Assembly (NCBI GenBank): GCA_003009755.1
Contig: PXUB01000043.1
Span: 16,646-80,645 of the forward strand
Source: Thermoplasmatales archaeon SW_10_69_26
GTDB taxonomy: Archaea; Thermoplasmatota; SW-10-69-26
Length of the DNA stretch: 64,000 bases
Direction: 5' to 3'
A model generated the notes under the pieces. It saw only the letters and a list, made by a program, of their open reading frames with translations. It was not told the origin of the DNA and searched no databases. Position numbers and translations under genes: made by a program. This document shows, one piece after another, positions 46,694-56,244 of the stretch. The first letter of the stretch is position 1; each line of letters opens with the position of its first letter.

Positions 46694-48211
46694 GTGGTGA
46701 TGGAGATGATCGGCGGACTGCTGCCGGAGCTCAGCCTCATCGCCGGCTCGTTCGTCATCCTGTTGGCGATGGCGCGCATCGACGAGGGCCGCTGGCCGGC
46801 CACCGTGGCCTTCGTCTCCCTGGCCTTCGCTTCCCTGTTCACGCTCGCGCAGCTCACCGAGCTGCCCGGCCTGGGGTTCGTGCCGCAATCCGGCACCGTG
46901 CTGGACGTGTACGAGATCTCGGTGTTCGCCGCCCTGCTGAAGCTTTTGTTCCTCGTCGGGACGGCGATCGTCGTCCTCGCCTCACCGGGCTACATGGACC
47001 GCGCCTCGATGCAGGCCGAGTACTACTCCATGCTGCTCCTGGCGACGATCGGCATGATGATCGTCGCCTCCAGCCAGGACATGCTGACCCTGTTCCTGGG
47101 CGTCGAGGTGACGAGCTTCGCCAGCTACATCCTCGCCGGCTCGTTCAAGTCCGAACCGACGAGCGGCGAAGCTGCGACGAAGTACTTCATCACGGGCGCG
47201 TTGAGCTCCTCGCTCGTCATCTTCGGCATGTCGCTGTTGTACGGCAGCGCTGGCACGCTGACCTTCGCCGGCCTCGCCGAGTTCTGGGCCGGCCAGGTGG
47301 AACGCTACGCCAGCCTGGGCCAGCCGGCGCTGTACCTGTTCATGTATGAGCCGATCCAGGCGATCAGCGTCTTCATGGTGCTCGCCGGGCTCGGCTTCAA
47401 GCTCACCGTCGCTCCCTTCCACATGTGGGCCCCCGACACCTACACCGGCGCGCCCGACACCGTCGCCTCCTGGCTGGGCGGCGTCGGCAAGGGGCTGGGC
47501 ATCGTCGCCCTGCTCAAGGTCTTCCTCTGGGCGCTGGCCCCACTGGAGACCGGCTGGGAGCCGTTCGTCGCCGGCTTGGCCATCCTCACCATGACGTGGG
47601 GCAACCTCGTCGCCATCCGGCAGGACGACATCAAGCGGATGCTGGCCTACTCCAGCATCGCGCAAGCCGGCTACCTGTTGATCGTGCTCCCGGTCGGCAC
47701 ATCGTACGCGATCGCAGGCGGCGTCTTCCACACCTTCACGAACCTCCTGATGAAGGGCGGCGCCTTCCTGGTCGTCGCCGCCTTCGCCTACGCCGGCATC
47801 GGCACGAAACTGCAGGACTACGAGGGCCTGGGACGCCGCAACCCGTTCCTCGCGATCTCCCTCACCGTGTTCCTGCTGTCCCTGGCCGGCATCCCGCCCC
47901 TGGGCGGCTTCTGGTCCAAGTTCGTGCTCTTCAGCAGCGCCGTCGACGTCGGCGTCGGCGGATCGTGGCTGTGGTGGCTGGCCGTCGCAGGCATCGTGAA
48001 CAGCGCCATCTCGCTGTTCTACTACGTGCGATGGATCCGCACGATGTTCGTCGAGACGACGATGCACCCCAAGGAGATCGAGCTCCCGGCCGGCATCACG
48101 ACCGCGATCGCCGTCTGCCTCGTCGCGATCGTCGCCGTCGGGTTCGCCGCCACCCCGGTCATCGACTGGGGCCTCCAGGCCGGCGAGGCGCTGCTGGCCG
48201 CGGCGCCGTAG
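46694..48211 (+). CDS. nuoN: NADH-quinone oxidoreductase subunit N
   Basis: 'EAATKYF', 'FKLTVAPFHMWAPDTY.GAP', 'KRMLAYSSIAQAGY', 'SLAGIPPLGGF'. Confidence 0.96.
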   Translation: MVMEMIGGLLPELSLIAGSFVILLAMARIDEGRWPATVAFVSLAFASLFTLAQLTELPGLGFVPQSGTVLDVYEISVFAALLKLLFLVGTAIVVLASPGYMDRASMQAEYYSMLLLATIGMMIVASSQDMLTLFLGVEVTSFASYILAGSFKSEPTSGEAATKYFITGALSSSLVIFGMSLLYGSAGTLTFAGLAEFWAGQVERYASLGQPALYLFMYEPIQAISVFMVLAGLGFKLTVAPFHMWAPDTYTGAPDTVASWLGGVGKGLGIVALLKVFLWALAPLETGWEPFVAGLAILTMTWGNLVAIRQDDIKRMLAYSSIAQAGYLLIVLPVGTSYAIAGGVFHTFTNLLMKGGAFLVVAAFAYAGIGTKLQDYEGLGRRNPFLAISLTVFLLSLAGIPPLGGFWSKFVLFSSAVDVGVGGSWLWWLAVAGIVNSAISLFYYVRWIRTMFVETTMHPKEIELPAGITTAIAVCLVAIVAVGFAATPVIDWGLQAGEALLAAAP

Positions 48212-48397
48212 CGCGTGGCGAAGACGATGCGCTCGGGCTCGGGGGACCGTCTCAGAGGTGAGTCGGCCGGACGGTTTCGGCGGGAAAGCGTCGCCAAACA
48301 CGGTCGGCGGTTGGGCTTTCGATTCGAATGTCGACTGATCGGCGCATCAATCCAGACCGCTGCCGTTAAGCAATAGACCCCTCGTCAGAACACCGCT

Positions 48398-49288
48398 TTG
48401 GCGACCTGGACCGTTCTACGAGAAAAGCTCCGCATCACTCACGCGGATCCCCGCAACCGATCCCACGAAATGCGGATGCAGTTGCGGAACGACGGGGACG
48501 AGGCCAACGAGAACTTCATCATGGCTCTCGAGAAGTTCCTGCCGGGGTTGACCCTCCACGGGTTGCACGGAGAAGAGCCCAGCTATCTTCCGACGTGGGA
48601 CATCGCGGCGAAATTCGGGTCCGAGGAGACATTTCGGGAAGAACTAGCTGACGAGTTGGACATCGAACCTGAGGACCTCGGTCACGTCCTGTGGGTCGTT
48701 TTCCCTGAACCTGTACAGCCAGGACAGGTCGTCACGATCAGGCTTCGCTACGAGGACGAGATCGCTCCCTCGGAGGGTTGCTCGTTCCTTCGGAGCAACT
48801 GGTTCCCGGTCCACGAGGAGAAAGGGCCGGAAGGATACGACACATACGTCGAGGTTGAGGGGCCTCCGGGATCGCGGGTCACTGACGACCTCGGTGAAAT
48901 CGAGCCCTTCGAACCAGAGGCGGCTACCGGCGAGCCTGAAGAACGGCTCCGGGCGGTTCGTCTGCCAAGTTTCCTTCAAATTCGGCTGCCGGCGAACTAC
49001 GGATCCGTGGAGTTCAACTACCAACTGAAGCCGCTGAGGTCCGAAGCGTGGCTCCACCGAACGACTTTCGCGGTCCTCACGGTCCTTCCTCTTGCGATGA
49101 TCGTGGCGACTCTGGGGGGATGGGATCTGGGCGGCCCGGGGAACCGGATCGGCGAGATCGTGGCCGGCCTAGGTGTGACGGGAACGCTAGCCATCATGGG
49201 TTTCTCTCGACCGACCTGGGTCAACCGGCTTTGGTACCTCCTCACCCTCGTCGGCTATCTGGGACTCCTCTTTGTCATATTTTTATAG
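48398..49288 (+). CDS. Hypothetical protein with three C-terminal TM segments, atypical codon usage
   Basis: 296-aa ORF with many A/T-ending codons compared with neighbours; start uncertain. Confidence 0.65.
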   Translation: MATWTVLREKLRITHADPRNRSHEMRMQLRNDGDEANENFIMALEKFLPGLTLHGLHGEEPSYLPTWDIAAKFGSEETFREELADELDIEPEDLGHVLWVVFPEPVQPGQVVTIRLRYEDEIAPSEGCSFLRSNWFPVHEEKGPEGYDTYVEVEGPPGSRVTDDLGEIEPFEPEAATGEPEERLRAVRLPSFLQIRLPANYGSVEFNYQLKPLRSEAWLHRTTFAVLTVLPLAMIVATLGGWDLGGPGNRIGEIVAGLGVTGTLAIMGFSRPTWVNRLWYLLTLVGYLGLLFVIFL

Positions 49289-49588
49289 GCCGAGGTGCCC
49301 TATAGGGTAACCTGGAGGGGACGTATGCCTGGAGACACCGACGGTGAGCTGTCCGCGGCCGAGCGCGAGAAGGTCCTCGAGTCGGCCGTTCGCGTGACGG
49401 TGCCCGACACGAGCGGCAAGAAGCGGGAGACGGACTCCGGCGACTAGCTGTCAGGTGCCTTCCCTCTCTTTCTCCGTACCTGACAGCTCAGTTCCCTCTG
49501 AAGCTAGGCCTCGGCCGACCCGCATCTTCTGCGACGCCCTGGAGGGTTCAAGCCAACGCATAACCTCCTCCACGGCACCTCCTCGCTT

Positions 49589-50029
49589 ATGGCGACTCCG
49601 ACCGAGACCCGGAACGTCGAGACGAGCGCGCTGGACGAGCTGACCGAGACCCTGGGCGAGCACGCCCACTGGGTCCTGCGCGCAGCCTTCGCGGCTGTCT
49701 TCGTCTTCCACGGCGTCGACAAGCTGGCCGCCCCCGGCGGGTTCGCCGAGATGATGGGGCTCCCGCTCGCCGTGGCCGTCCTCGTCGCGCTGGCCGAGAC
49801 CGCCGCCGGCGCCCTCGTGCTCGTCGGCGGCTTCGGGGTCGACTGGGCCACGCGCCTGGCCGGCCTGCTGGCGATCCCCGTGATGCTGGGCGCGATCGCC
49901 ATGGTCCACTGGCCGCGCTGGAGCTTCGTCCCCGCCCCCGAGCAGGGCTTCCCGATGGGCGGCATGGAGTTCCAGGTGACCCTGATCGCGATCGCGGCCT
50001 ACCTGCTGGCGAAGGGCGATCAGCTGTGA
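49589..50029 (+). CDS. DoxX family membrane protein
   Basis: 'LRAAFAAVFVFHGVDKL', 'AETAAG', 'TRLAG..MLGAI..VHW', 'GGMEF'. Confidence 0.88.
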   Translation: MATPTETRNVETSALDELTETLGEHAHWVLRAAFAAVFVFHGVDKLAAPGGFAEMMGLPLAVAVLVALAETAAGALVLVGGFGVDWATRLAGLLAIPVMLGAIAMVHWPRWSFVPAPEQGFPMGGMEFQVTLIAIAAYLLAKGDQL

Positions 50030-50093
50030 GCCGGTCCCACCCTCGCCGGGCGAGCGCCGGCCTTAACCCGGACCGAACGTTTCCCGCGTAGCG

Positions 50094-50753
50094 ATGGCCT
50101 GGATCCACGTCGCGGCCGTCGACACCGAGCCCGGCCCCGTGCTCGCCGGCGTCCGCAAGCTCGGCGCCGAGAGGGTCCTCCTCGTCGCCGGGGACGACGA
50201 TCCCGCCTGTGCCGAGGCACGGGAGGCGCTCGAGCCGCTGGGCATCGGGACCGAGACCCGGGCCGTCGAGGGCAGCATGCTCACCGGCACGCTGCAGCTC
50301 GTGCAGGACATCGCCCTCGAGCACGGCGACCGCCGCGAGGATCTGATCGTCAACCTCGCCTCCGCCGGCCGCTACCGCTCCTGCGCGCTGCTGTCCGCCG
50401 CGTTCGTCGCCGGCGTCCGCGCGATCGATCGCAGCGACGGGGAGATCCGCTTCCTGCCCGCCTTGAACTTCAGTTACGAACGCCTCGTCGGGGCCGAGGA
50501 GCTCGAGATCCTGGAAGCGATCGACAGTCACGAGGCCGAGACGCCCAGCCTCGACGAGGTCGCCCGCGCGACCAGCCTCGACTCGGGCGCGGTCTCCTAC
50601 CTGATCCGCGGCGGTGAGGACGCCGAAGGCCTGGAACCGCTCGGCTTGGTCGACATCGCATCGACCGGCGAGGGCGTCGGGCTTCGACTGACGCCGATGG
50701 GCGATACGCTGGCCGAGAGCATGACCGTCCGGCCCGGTCCGACCTCGGGCTAG
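50094..50753 (+). CDS. Rossmann-like (DUF6293/HFX_2341, CARF-like) + winged-HTH protein, paralog 1
   Basis: 'IVNLASAGR..CALLSAAFVAG', C-terminal HTH 'LDEVAR..SYL..LEPLGLV..LTPMG'. Confidence 0.65.
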   Translation: MAWIHVAAVDTEPGPVLAGVRKLGAERVLLVAGDDDPACAEAREALEPLGIGTETRAVEGSMLTGTLQLVQDIALEHGDRREDLIVNLASAGRYRSCALLSAAFVAGVRAIDRSDGEIRFLPALNFSYERLVGAEELEILEAIDSHEAETPSLDEVARATSLDSGAVSYLIRGGEDAEGLEPLGLVDIASTGEGVGLRLTPMGDTLAESMTVRPGPTSG

Positions 50754-50754
50754 C

Positions 50755-51423
50755 TCAGCTCGCGTCCCCGAGCCCGCGGGCGATCAGCGTCCCCATGCTC
50801 GTCAGCCGGATCGTCAGCGCGCCGCGTCGGCCGCGTTCGACGTCGACGAGCCCGAGCTCGACGAGTCCTTCGCCATCGTCCCCGCCGCGGACGTGGTAGC
50901 TGGCCAGCGAGTCCTGGATGCCGACCTCGTCGGCCAGATCGCGCAGCCGGGTGACCTCCCCGCCCAGCTCCTCGAGCGCAGCCAACAGGTCCATCTTCGC
51001 CTCGCTGACCAGATCACCGTAGGAGAACCGCAGGATCGGGAGGAAGACGATCTCCTCGCCGGGCCGGTCGATGGCTTTCACGCCGGCCACGTAGGCGGCT
51101 GAGAGGGCCGCGCAGGCGTCGTCCTTGTCCGCCGCGGCCAGGTTGACGACCACGTCGTCGGGATCCTCGGTGCGGGCGAGGGTCTCGATCGTCTCGATGA
51201 AGCCGAGGAGCGGGTCGGGTCCGATCTCGCGGACCTCCGTCTCGATCCCCATCGGCCCGACGGCGCCGACGATCTCCTCGATCGTCGCCTCGCCGGCCTC
51301 CCGATGGATCAAGATCAACCGCTGGGCGCCCAGTTCGCGGACGGCGTGGAGGATCGGTTCGGGATCGTCACCGGCGACGGCAACCTGGGTGAAGCCCACG
51401 CCGGGAAGGGCACCGCGCAGCAC
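50755..51423 (-). CDS. Rossmann-like (DUF6293/HFX_2341, CARF-like) + winged-HTH protein, paralog 2
   Basis: 'VVNLAAADK..CAALSAAYVAG', 'LRDLADEVG..SYHVRG..LVELGLV..LTSMG'; paralog of 50094-50753. Confidence 0.65.
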   Translation of the reverse strand: MLRGALPGVGFTQVAVAGDDPEPILHAVRELGAQRLILIHREAGEATIEEIVGAVGPMGIETEVREIGPDPLLGFIETIETLARTEDPDDVVVNLAAADKDDACAALSAAYVAGVKAIDRPGEEIVFLPILRFSYGDLVSEAKMDLLAALEELGGEVTRLRDLADEVGIQDSLASYHVRGGDDGEGLVELGLVDVERGRRGALTIRLTSMGTLIARGLGDAS

Positions 51424-51465
51424 AAGAACGTTGCCTTGGAGACTCCAGGTGGTGCGGCGGCCGTC

Positions 51466-51690
51466 TCAGTTCTCGGCCTCGGCTTCGCTGGAGAGCCAGT
51501 AGACGGCGGTCGCCGGCAGGACGACGGCCGCGAAGACGAGGGACACCGCGAAGACGGCGATCGTGGACCAGAAGTAGCCGTCGCTGTGGGCCCACGGCAC
51601 GAGCGTGATCAGCAGGACGAGGAGGACGAAGACCTCGGCGATCAGCCACCACAGGATCCGTCGTCCCCCCTCCGTCTGCCCGGCTGCCAT
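51466..51690 (-). CDS. Small two-TM hypothetical protein
   Basis: 74-aa ORF with two hydrophobic helices and typical codon usage. Confidence 0.55.
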   Translation of the reverse strand: MAAGQTEGGRRILWWLIAEVFVLLVLLITLVPWAHSDGYFWSTIAVFAVSLVFAAVVLPATAVYWLSSEAEAEN

Positions 51691-51864
51691 CGTCTCGACG
51701 GGGGAGAGCGGTTCCCCAACCTCAAGCTTGCGGCCCGACCGTCGTTGGCCGACGCCCACTGCGCGGCCCGAGGGTCGGGCGCCCTCCGTCGGAAGGTGCC
51801 AGGAGCGGTCGGGAGAACCTCCCGTTCCGCATCATTTAACCCGGACGCCGTGCCAGGGTGGACC

Positions 51865-52770
51865 ATGGGCGTGGCGTGGTCGGGGGTCCTGCCGTTTGCT
51901 CTCGTGCTCGCTCTCGTGGGGGCGCTGGTCCGCACCGGGCGCCTCCGCCAGCGAGAGCCCGAGCCCGCGCTCCGCCAACGACTCGGCATCGTACTCCTGA
52001 CGGCTCCGATCTTCACGCTCGTCGGCGTCGGCCTCGCCTCGATCACCTCCCTCACCGGGTCGACGGCCTCGATCGCGGCCTCGCCCACCATGCTCGCCTC
52101 GAAGGCGCTGTTGCACCTCAGCCTCTACCTGGCCGTCCCGTTCGCCGGGCTCGTCCTGGTCTTGGGCGAATCCTTCTGGACGCGCGCCCGCCAGGCGCTG
52201 ATCCCCTCGCGCGACGAGCTCGTCGGAGGCCTGCGAGCTAGCGCCGGCCTCTCCGCCGCCCTCGGCGTCCTGTTGACGCTGGGCTGGGTCGCCGGCGGTG
52301 GCGAGGGGGGCCTTCTGGCCGTCGACGGTGCCAGCCTGTTCTTCTCCCGGACGACCCCGATGGTCGCGTTGGCGCTCTCGGCGATCGCAGCCATCGCTGA
52401 GGAGCTCGTGTTCCGCGGCGTCGTGCTGGAGTGGCTGCAAGCCCGCGTCTCCGCCGGCCTCGCGGTCGGTGCCCAGGCGGTGGCCTTCGGCCTGATCCAC
52501 GCCGGGTACGGCTCGCTGGTGCACGTCGCCGCCGCGACCGCGTTCGGTGCCGTGGTCGGCGTCCTGGCGCTTCGAGCGGGGCTCGTGCCCGCCATCGGGG
52601 CGCACCTGACCGTGAACCTCGTGATCTTGAGCCTGTGGTCGGGCCACGCGATCTTGCTCGTCCCCGCCGCCCTCGTGCTCGTCACCCTGCTCGGCGTCGC
52701 CCACCTGATCGACGTGGGCCGCTGGCGGCTCACCTGGCTGGGCATCCCGCCCGCTGCCCCCGAGGGCTGA
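51865..52770 (+). CDS. CPBP (CAAX/Abi) intramembrane metalloprotease
   Basis: 'AEELVFRG', 'FGLIH', 'AHLTVN'; multi-TM. Confidence 0.88.
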   Translation: MGVAWSGVLPFALVLALVGALVRTGRLRQREPEPALRQRLGIVLLTAPIFTLVGVGLASITSLTGSTASIAASPTMLASKALLHLSLYLAVPFAGLVLVLGESFWTRARQALIPSRDELVGGLRASAGLSAALGVLLTLGWVAGGGEGGLLAVDGASLFFSRTTPMVALALSAIAAIAEELVFRGVVLEWLQARVSAGLAVGAQAVAFGLIHAGYGSLVHVAAATAFGAVVGVLALRAGLVPAIGAHLTVNLVILSLWSGHAILLVPAALVLVTLLGVAHLIDVGRWRLTWLGIPPAAPEG

Positions 52771-52990
52771 GCCCGGCTGTCTCGTTAAGCAGGGGCCGCG
52801 AGGGACACGAAGGATCGCCAAGGCCACGAAGAGCCTGTGTACTCGCCGCCGGGCGGCGTTGTCACGGCAGCTGCTCCCCTTGGTGCCCTGGCGTCCCGTC
52901 GCGTACTTGGTGGTCCCCCCGTTTCTTATCCTTACAGCGCGGGGCTGAGCGGCCCCAAGGCCTTAGCGGTCGATCGCCATCCCCGGCTCG

Positions 52991-53239
52991 ATGCTGGATC
53001 GGTTGGGCCTCGGCGACGCCGAGACGATCGAGATCGCCGTCTTCGGCCTGGCTTGCCGTCATTGCGAAGCCACCGTCGAGGCCGTGCTCGAGGATCTCTC
53101 CGCCGTCGATCGAGCTGACGTGGATCGCGAAGGGGGCCGTGCCCGCGTCCGCGGGACGGGGGACGTGTCCGCGCAGGCGCTCGTCGCCCAGGTCCGATCG
53201 GTCGGCTATGAAGCCCGGCCTCTTTCAAAGGGAGGGTAG
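52991..53239 (+). CDS. HMA-domain metal chaperone (CopZ-like)
   Basis: 'GLACRHCEATV', 'VRSVGY'. Confidence 0.8.
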   Translation: MLDRLGLGDAETIEIAVFGLACRHCEATVEAVLEDLSAVDRADVDREGGRARVRGTGDVSAQALVAQVRSVGYEARPLSKGG

Positions 53240-53341
53240 GGGAAACGACGCACCCCGGGCGTGCCCTTACCACAAAGCTGAAGAGGAGAGCGATTCAAGG
53301 AAGGGGTGCCGAGGCAGCCCGCACGAACCGAGTTGTTTTCG

Positions 53342-53639
53342 ATCGACTCGCCTCCCAGCAGCCTCCCAAGCCTCCCCGTGCGGGCTCCTCGGTTCCTTGT
53401 CACCTTCCAGGCCTCCCATAGCCCGGGACCCGATTTGCTTCGGGGTAAACAGAATACAAAAGGCCCATCAAAACCGTTTCGACCGTTCCCATCCCGATGC
53501 CGGTCCCGTTCGAACCGGCCTTGAACCGGAGGGGAGGATCGGCAAAGCTTAAGGTCAGCCCTGAGAAGACCAGGGGTGCGGAGGGAGCCGCCGATTCGAT
53601 TCTCATCGACTCGCCTCCCAGCAGCCTCCCAAGCCTCCC
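53342..53639. repeat. Pair of identical 35-bp direct repeats in an intergenic region
   Basis: ATCGACTCGCCTCCCAGCAGCCTCCCAAGCCTCCC at 53342-53376 and 53605-53639. Confidence 0.85.
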
Positions 53640-53778
53640 GCGGCTCCCTCCTCCCTTCCCTCTCACACCTACTCGACGAACCTCGGATCCGGCTCGGGCC
53701 CGCGGTCCCGATCGACGGCCGCCGGTGAACCAGGCGTCTCGGTCAAGAACCAAGTAGGACCAGTCCCACTCTCCGTCG

Positions 53779-54999
53779 ATGCGTGGGAGGAGCCTGCTGG
53801 TGACGACGATCCTGATCGCAGCCGCCTTCGCCGGCTGCATCGCAACCGACCAAGCGACCGATTCGGCCTCGACGACCCCGAACGACGCCGACCAACCGGC
53901 CAACGCGCCCGAGTACGAGCTCCCGGAACAGGTGACCGGGCTCGAGGACGTCGCCAGCGTCGACGCCGACGGCGGCGCGGGGCTCGTCGTCCACGAAGGC
54001 CACGCCTACGTCAGCGCCCAAGGCGGAGGCTTCTACATCGTCGACGTGTCCGACCCCCGCAACCCCGAGAAGGTCGGCACCCTCGACGAGGTCCAGCCTC
54101 GCGACGCCGACATCGTCGAGTACCCCAACCGCACCGTCGCCGCCCTGGCCGCTGGCACCGATGGCATCCACCTCGTCAACGTCACCGACCCCACACAGCC
54201 GGACCTGATCAGCACCCTGACCTTCGACGAGCCCGCCCACAACCTCGCCGTCTTCCCCGGCGAGCAGAAGATCTACAACTCCCGCAGCCTCGGCGATCCC
54301 GTCGAACCCGGGATCGACATCGTCGACGTCTCCGACCCGACCGAGCCCGAGCTCGAAACGGTCTGGACCTTCCCCAACCAAGCCAACGGTCACCCGGTCG
54401 CGACCACCGGCTGCCACGACGTGACCATCTACCCGACCCACGACAGGGCCTACTGCGCCGGCGTCACCGAGACCTTCATCCTCGACGTCTCCGACCCGAT
54501 GACCCCCACCGTCGAGGGCGTCATCGAGAACCCCGCGATCAACATCCACCACTGGGCCATGCCCAACGCCGACCACTCGATCCTCGTCATCGGCGACGAG
54601 TACGGCGGCACGCTGGCCCCGGCCTGCTTCGGCGCCGCGACCCAGGACGAACGCACCGTGTCCACCCCGACCGGCGCCGTCTGGTTCTACGATATCGACC
54701 AACCCGACCAACCGGTTCCCCTGGGCTACGTCTCCCCACCCACCGAGACCGAGAACCCCCAACCGTGCACCTCGCACTTCGGCGACCTCGTCGGCGACCG
54801 CGACATGGTCGCCGTCGGCTGGTACCACCAGGGCCTGCAGCTCATCGACTTCAGCGAGCCCACCAGCCCCCACATCGTCGACCAAGCCGCCGAGGGCCAC
54901 AACATCTGGGACGCCCAGTACACCAACGGCCACTTCGTGACCGGCAACATCGACGGCGGCAGCTCGGTCCTCTCCGTCACCGGCGAGGATGCCAGCTGA
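53779..54999 (+). CDS. LVIVD-repeat (beta-propeller) lipoprotein
   Basis: Lipobox 'AFAGC'; repeats 'FYIVDVSDP', 'IDIVDVSDP', 'FILDVSDP', 'LIDFSEP'. Confidence 0.85.
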   Translation: MRGRSLLVTTILIAAAFAGCIATDQATDSASTTPNDADQPANAPEYELPEQVTGLEDVASVDADGGAGLVVHEGHAYVSAQGGGFYIVDVSDPRNPEKVGTLDEVQPRDADIVEYPNRTVAALAAGTDGIHLVNVTDPTQPDLISTLTFDEPAHNLAVFPGEQKIYNSRSLGDPVEPGIDIVDVSDPTEPELETVWTFPNQANGHPVATTGCHDVTIYPTHDRAYCAGVTETFILDVSDPMTPTVEGVIENPAINIHHWAMPNADHSILVIGDEYGGTLAPACFGAATQDERTVSTPTGAVWFYDIDQPDQPVPLGYVSPPTETENPQPCTSHFGDLVGDRDMVAVGWYHQGLQLIDFSEPTSPHIVDQAAEGHNIWDAQYTNGHFVTGNIDGGSSVLSVTGEDAS

Positions 55000-55873
55000 C
55001 GCCGACCCGCGCCCGGCGCTCCAGCAGCTGGCCGAGGACCGGGCCGCCGGCGCCAGCGAGATCGCCGAGAGCGCCCGCGGGCACCTGGCCCGCCTGCCTG
55101 AGGCCCTACCCGCCGACGAGGCCGCCGCTGGCGCCCGAGAGGCCGCCCTCGCCCTCGTCCGCGGCCACCCCGCGATGGCGCCGATCGTCCACCTCGCCCA
55201 CGAGACGCTGACGATCCTCGACGAGGACGGACCCGCGGGCCTCGCGGCCCTCCCTCGCGAGCCCCCGCTGGCTCGACAGGTCGCCAACCAAGCCCGGCCC
55301 GCCATCGCGGATGCCGGCACGGTGCTCACCTACACCCGGTCGGGCACCGTCCTCGCCGCGCTCGAGCTCGCCCTCGAGGCCACCGAGCTCCGCGTGCTCA
55401 CCAGCGAGGCCCGCCCCGGGGACGAGGGCCTGGCTGTGGCCGACGCGCTGGCCCACGCCGGCGCCGACGTCACGGTCACCTACGATGCCCACCTGCCGGC
55501 GCTCGTCGACGAGGCTGCCCTCGTCGTCGTCGGCGCCGATGCGATCACCGCGGAGGCCATCGTCAACAAGGCCGGCACGCGACCGCTTTTCGCCCGTGCC
55601 CAGGAGACCGACACGCCGGTCCACGTGCTCGCCAGCCGGGACAAGCTGTGGCCCACCGAGCTCCCGCGAGGGCCCCAAGCCGGCCCCGAGGCCGACTGGC
55701 AGCCCGCCGTCCCGGACGGCGTCGACGTCCGGGCGCCCCTGTTCGAGCCGACGCCGCTGGCGCTCGTCGACGCCGTCGTCACCGAGCAGGGCCGGTGCCC
55801 GCCTGCCGAGCTCGCCGGCAGCCTCGCGGACGTCTGTGTCCACCCCACCGTCCAGCGAGCCCTCGAGGCCTAA
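54989..55873 (+). CDS. eIF-2B alpha/beta/delta-like protein (IF-2B/ribose-1,5-bisphosphate isomerase family)
   Basis: 'HPAMA', 'LTYTRSGTV', 'SEARPGDEG', 'VGADAI..NKAGT', 'FEPTP..VVTEQG'. Confidence 0.85.
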   Translation: MPADADPRPALQQLAEDRAAGASEIAESARGHLARLPEALPADEAAAGAREAALALVRGHPAMAPIVHLAHETLTILDEDGPAGLAALPREPPLARQVANQARPAIADAGTVLTYTRSGTVLAALELALEATELRVLTSEARPGDEGLAVADALAHAGADVTVTYDAHLPALVDEAALVVVGADAITAEAIVNKAGTRPLFARAQETDTPVHVLASRDKLWPTELPRGPQAGPEADWQPAVPDGVDVRAPLFEPTPLALVDAVVTEQGRCPPAELAGSLADVCVHPTVQRALEA

Positions 55874-55963
55874 CCTCCACCCCGAGCCATCGACGGGGCT
55901 GGCTTCGGGAACCGACGTCGCAACCCCGAACAACGTTGCCTCCCCAAGCGGGAAGCGGGCCGG

Positions 55964-56160
55964 ATGCGGGAGCTGGAGGGACCGACCCCGGATCCTGGCC
56001 CTGCTGGCCGAGCCCGCTCGTCGTTCCCAGCGATCGGCGACGAGGTCGGCCTCTGCGGGCCTGCCGTCTCCGATCGGGTCCAACGCCTGCAGGATGCCAG
56101 CATCATCGAGCGGTTCGGCCCGCTCGAGACCGACCCGCGCCTCGCCGAGGACGCCCGAGC
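55964..56160 (+). pseudogene. Frameshifted Lrp/AsnC-type HTH regulator remnant upstream of copA
   Basis: 'MRELE', '[12 protein letters not shown]' and '[28 protein letters not shown]' lie in different frames. Confidence 0.65.
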
Positions 56161-56244
56161 CCGGGCCTCCAGGTCCCCACCCCCGGCTCAGCCGGGGCCG
56201 CGAACGGCAAATGCAGTAAACCAAGAGCCCACAACGGTGCATGC

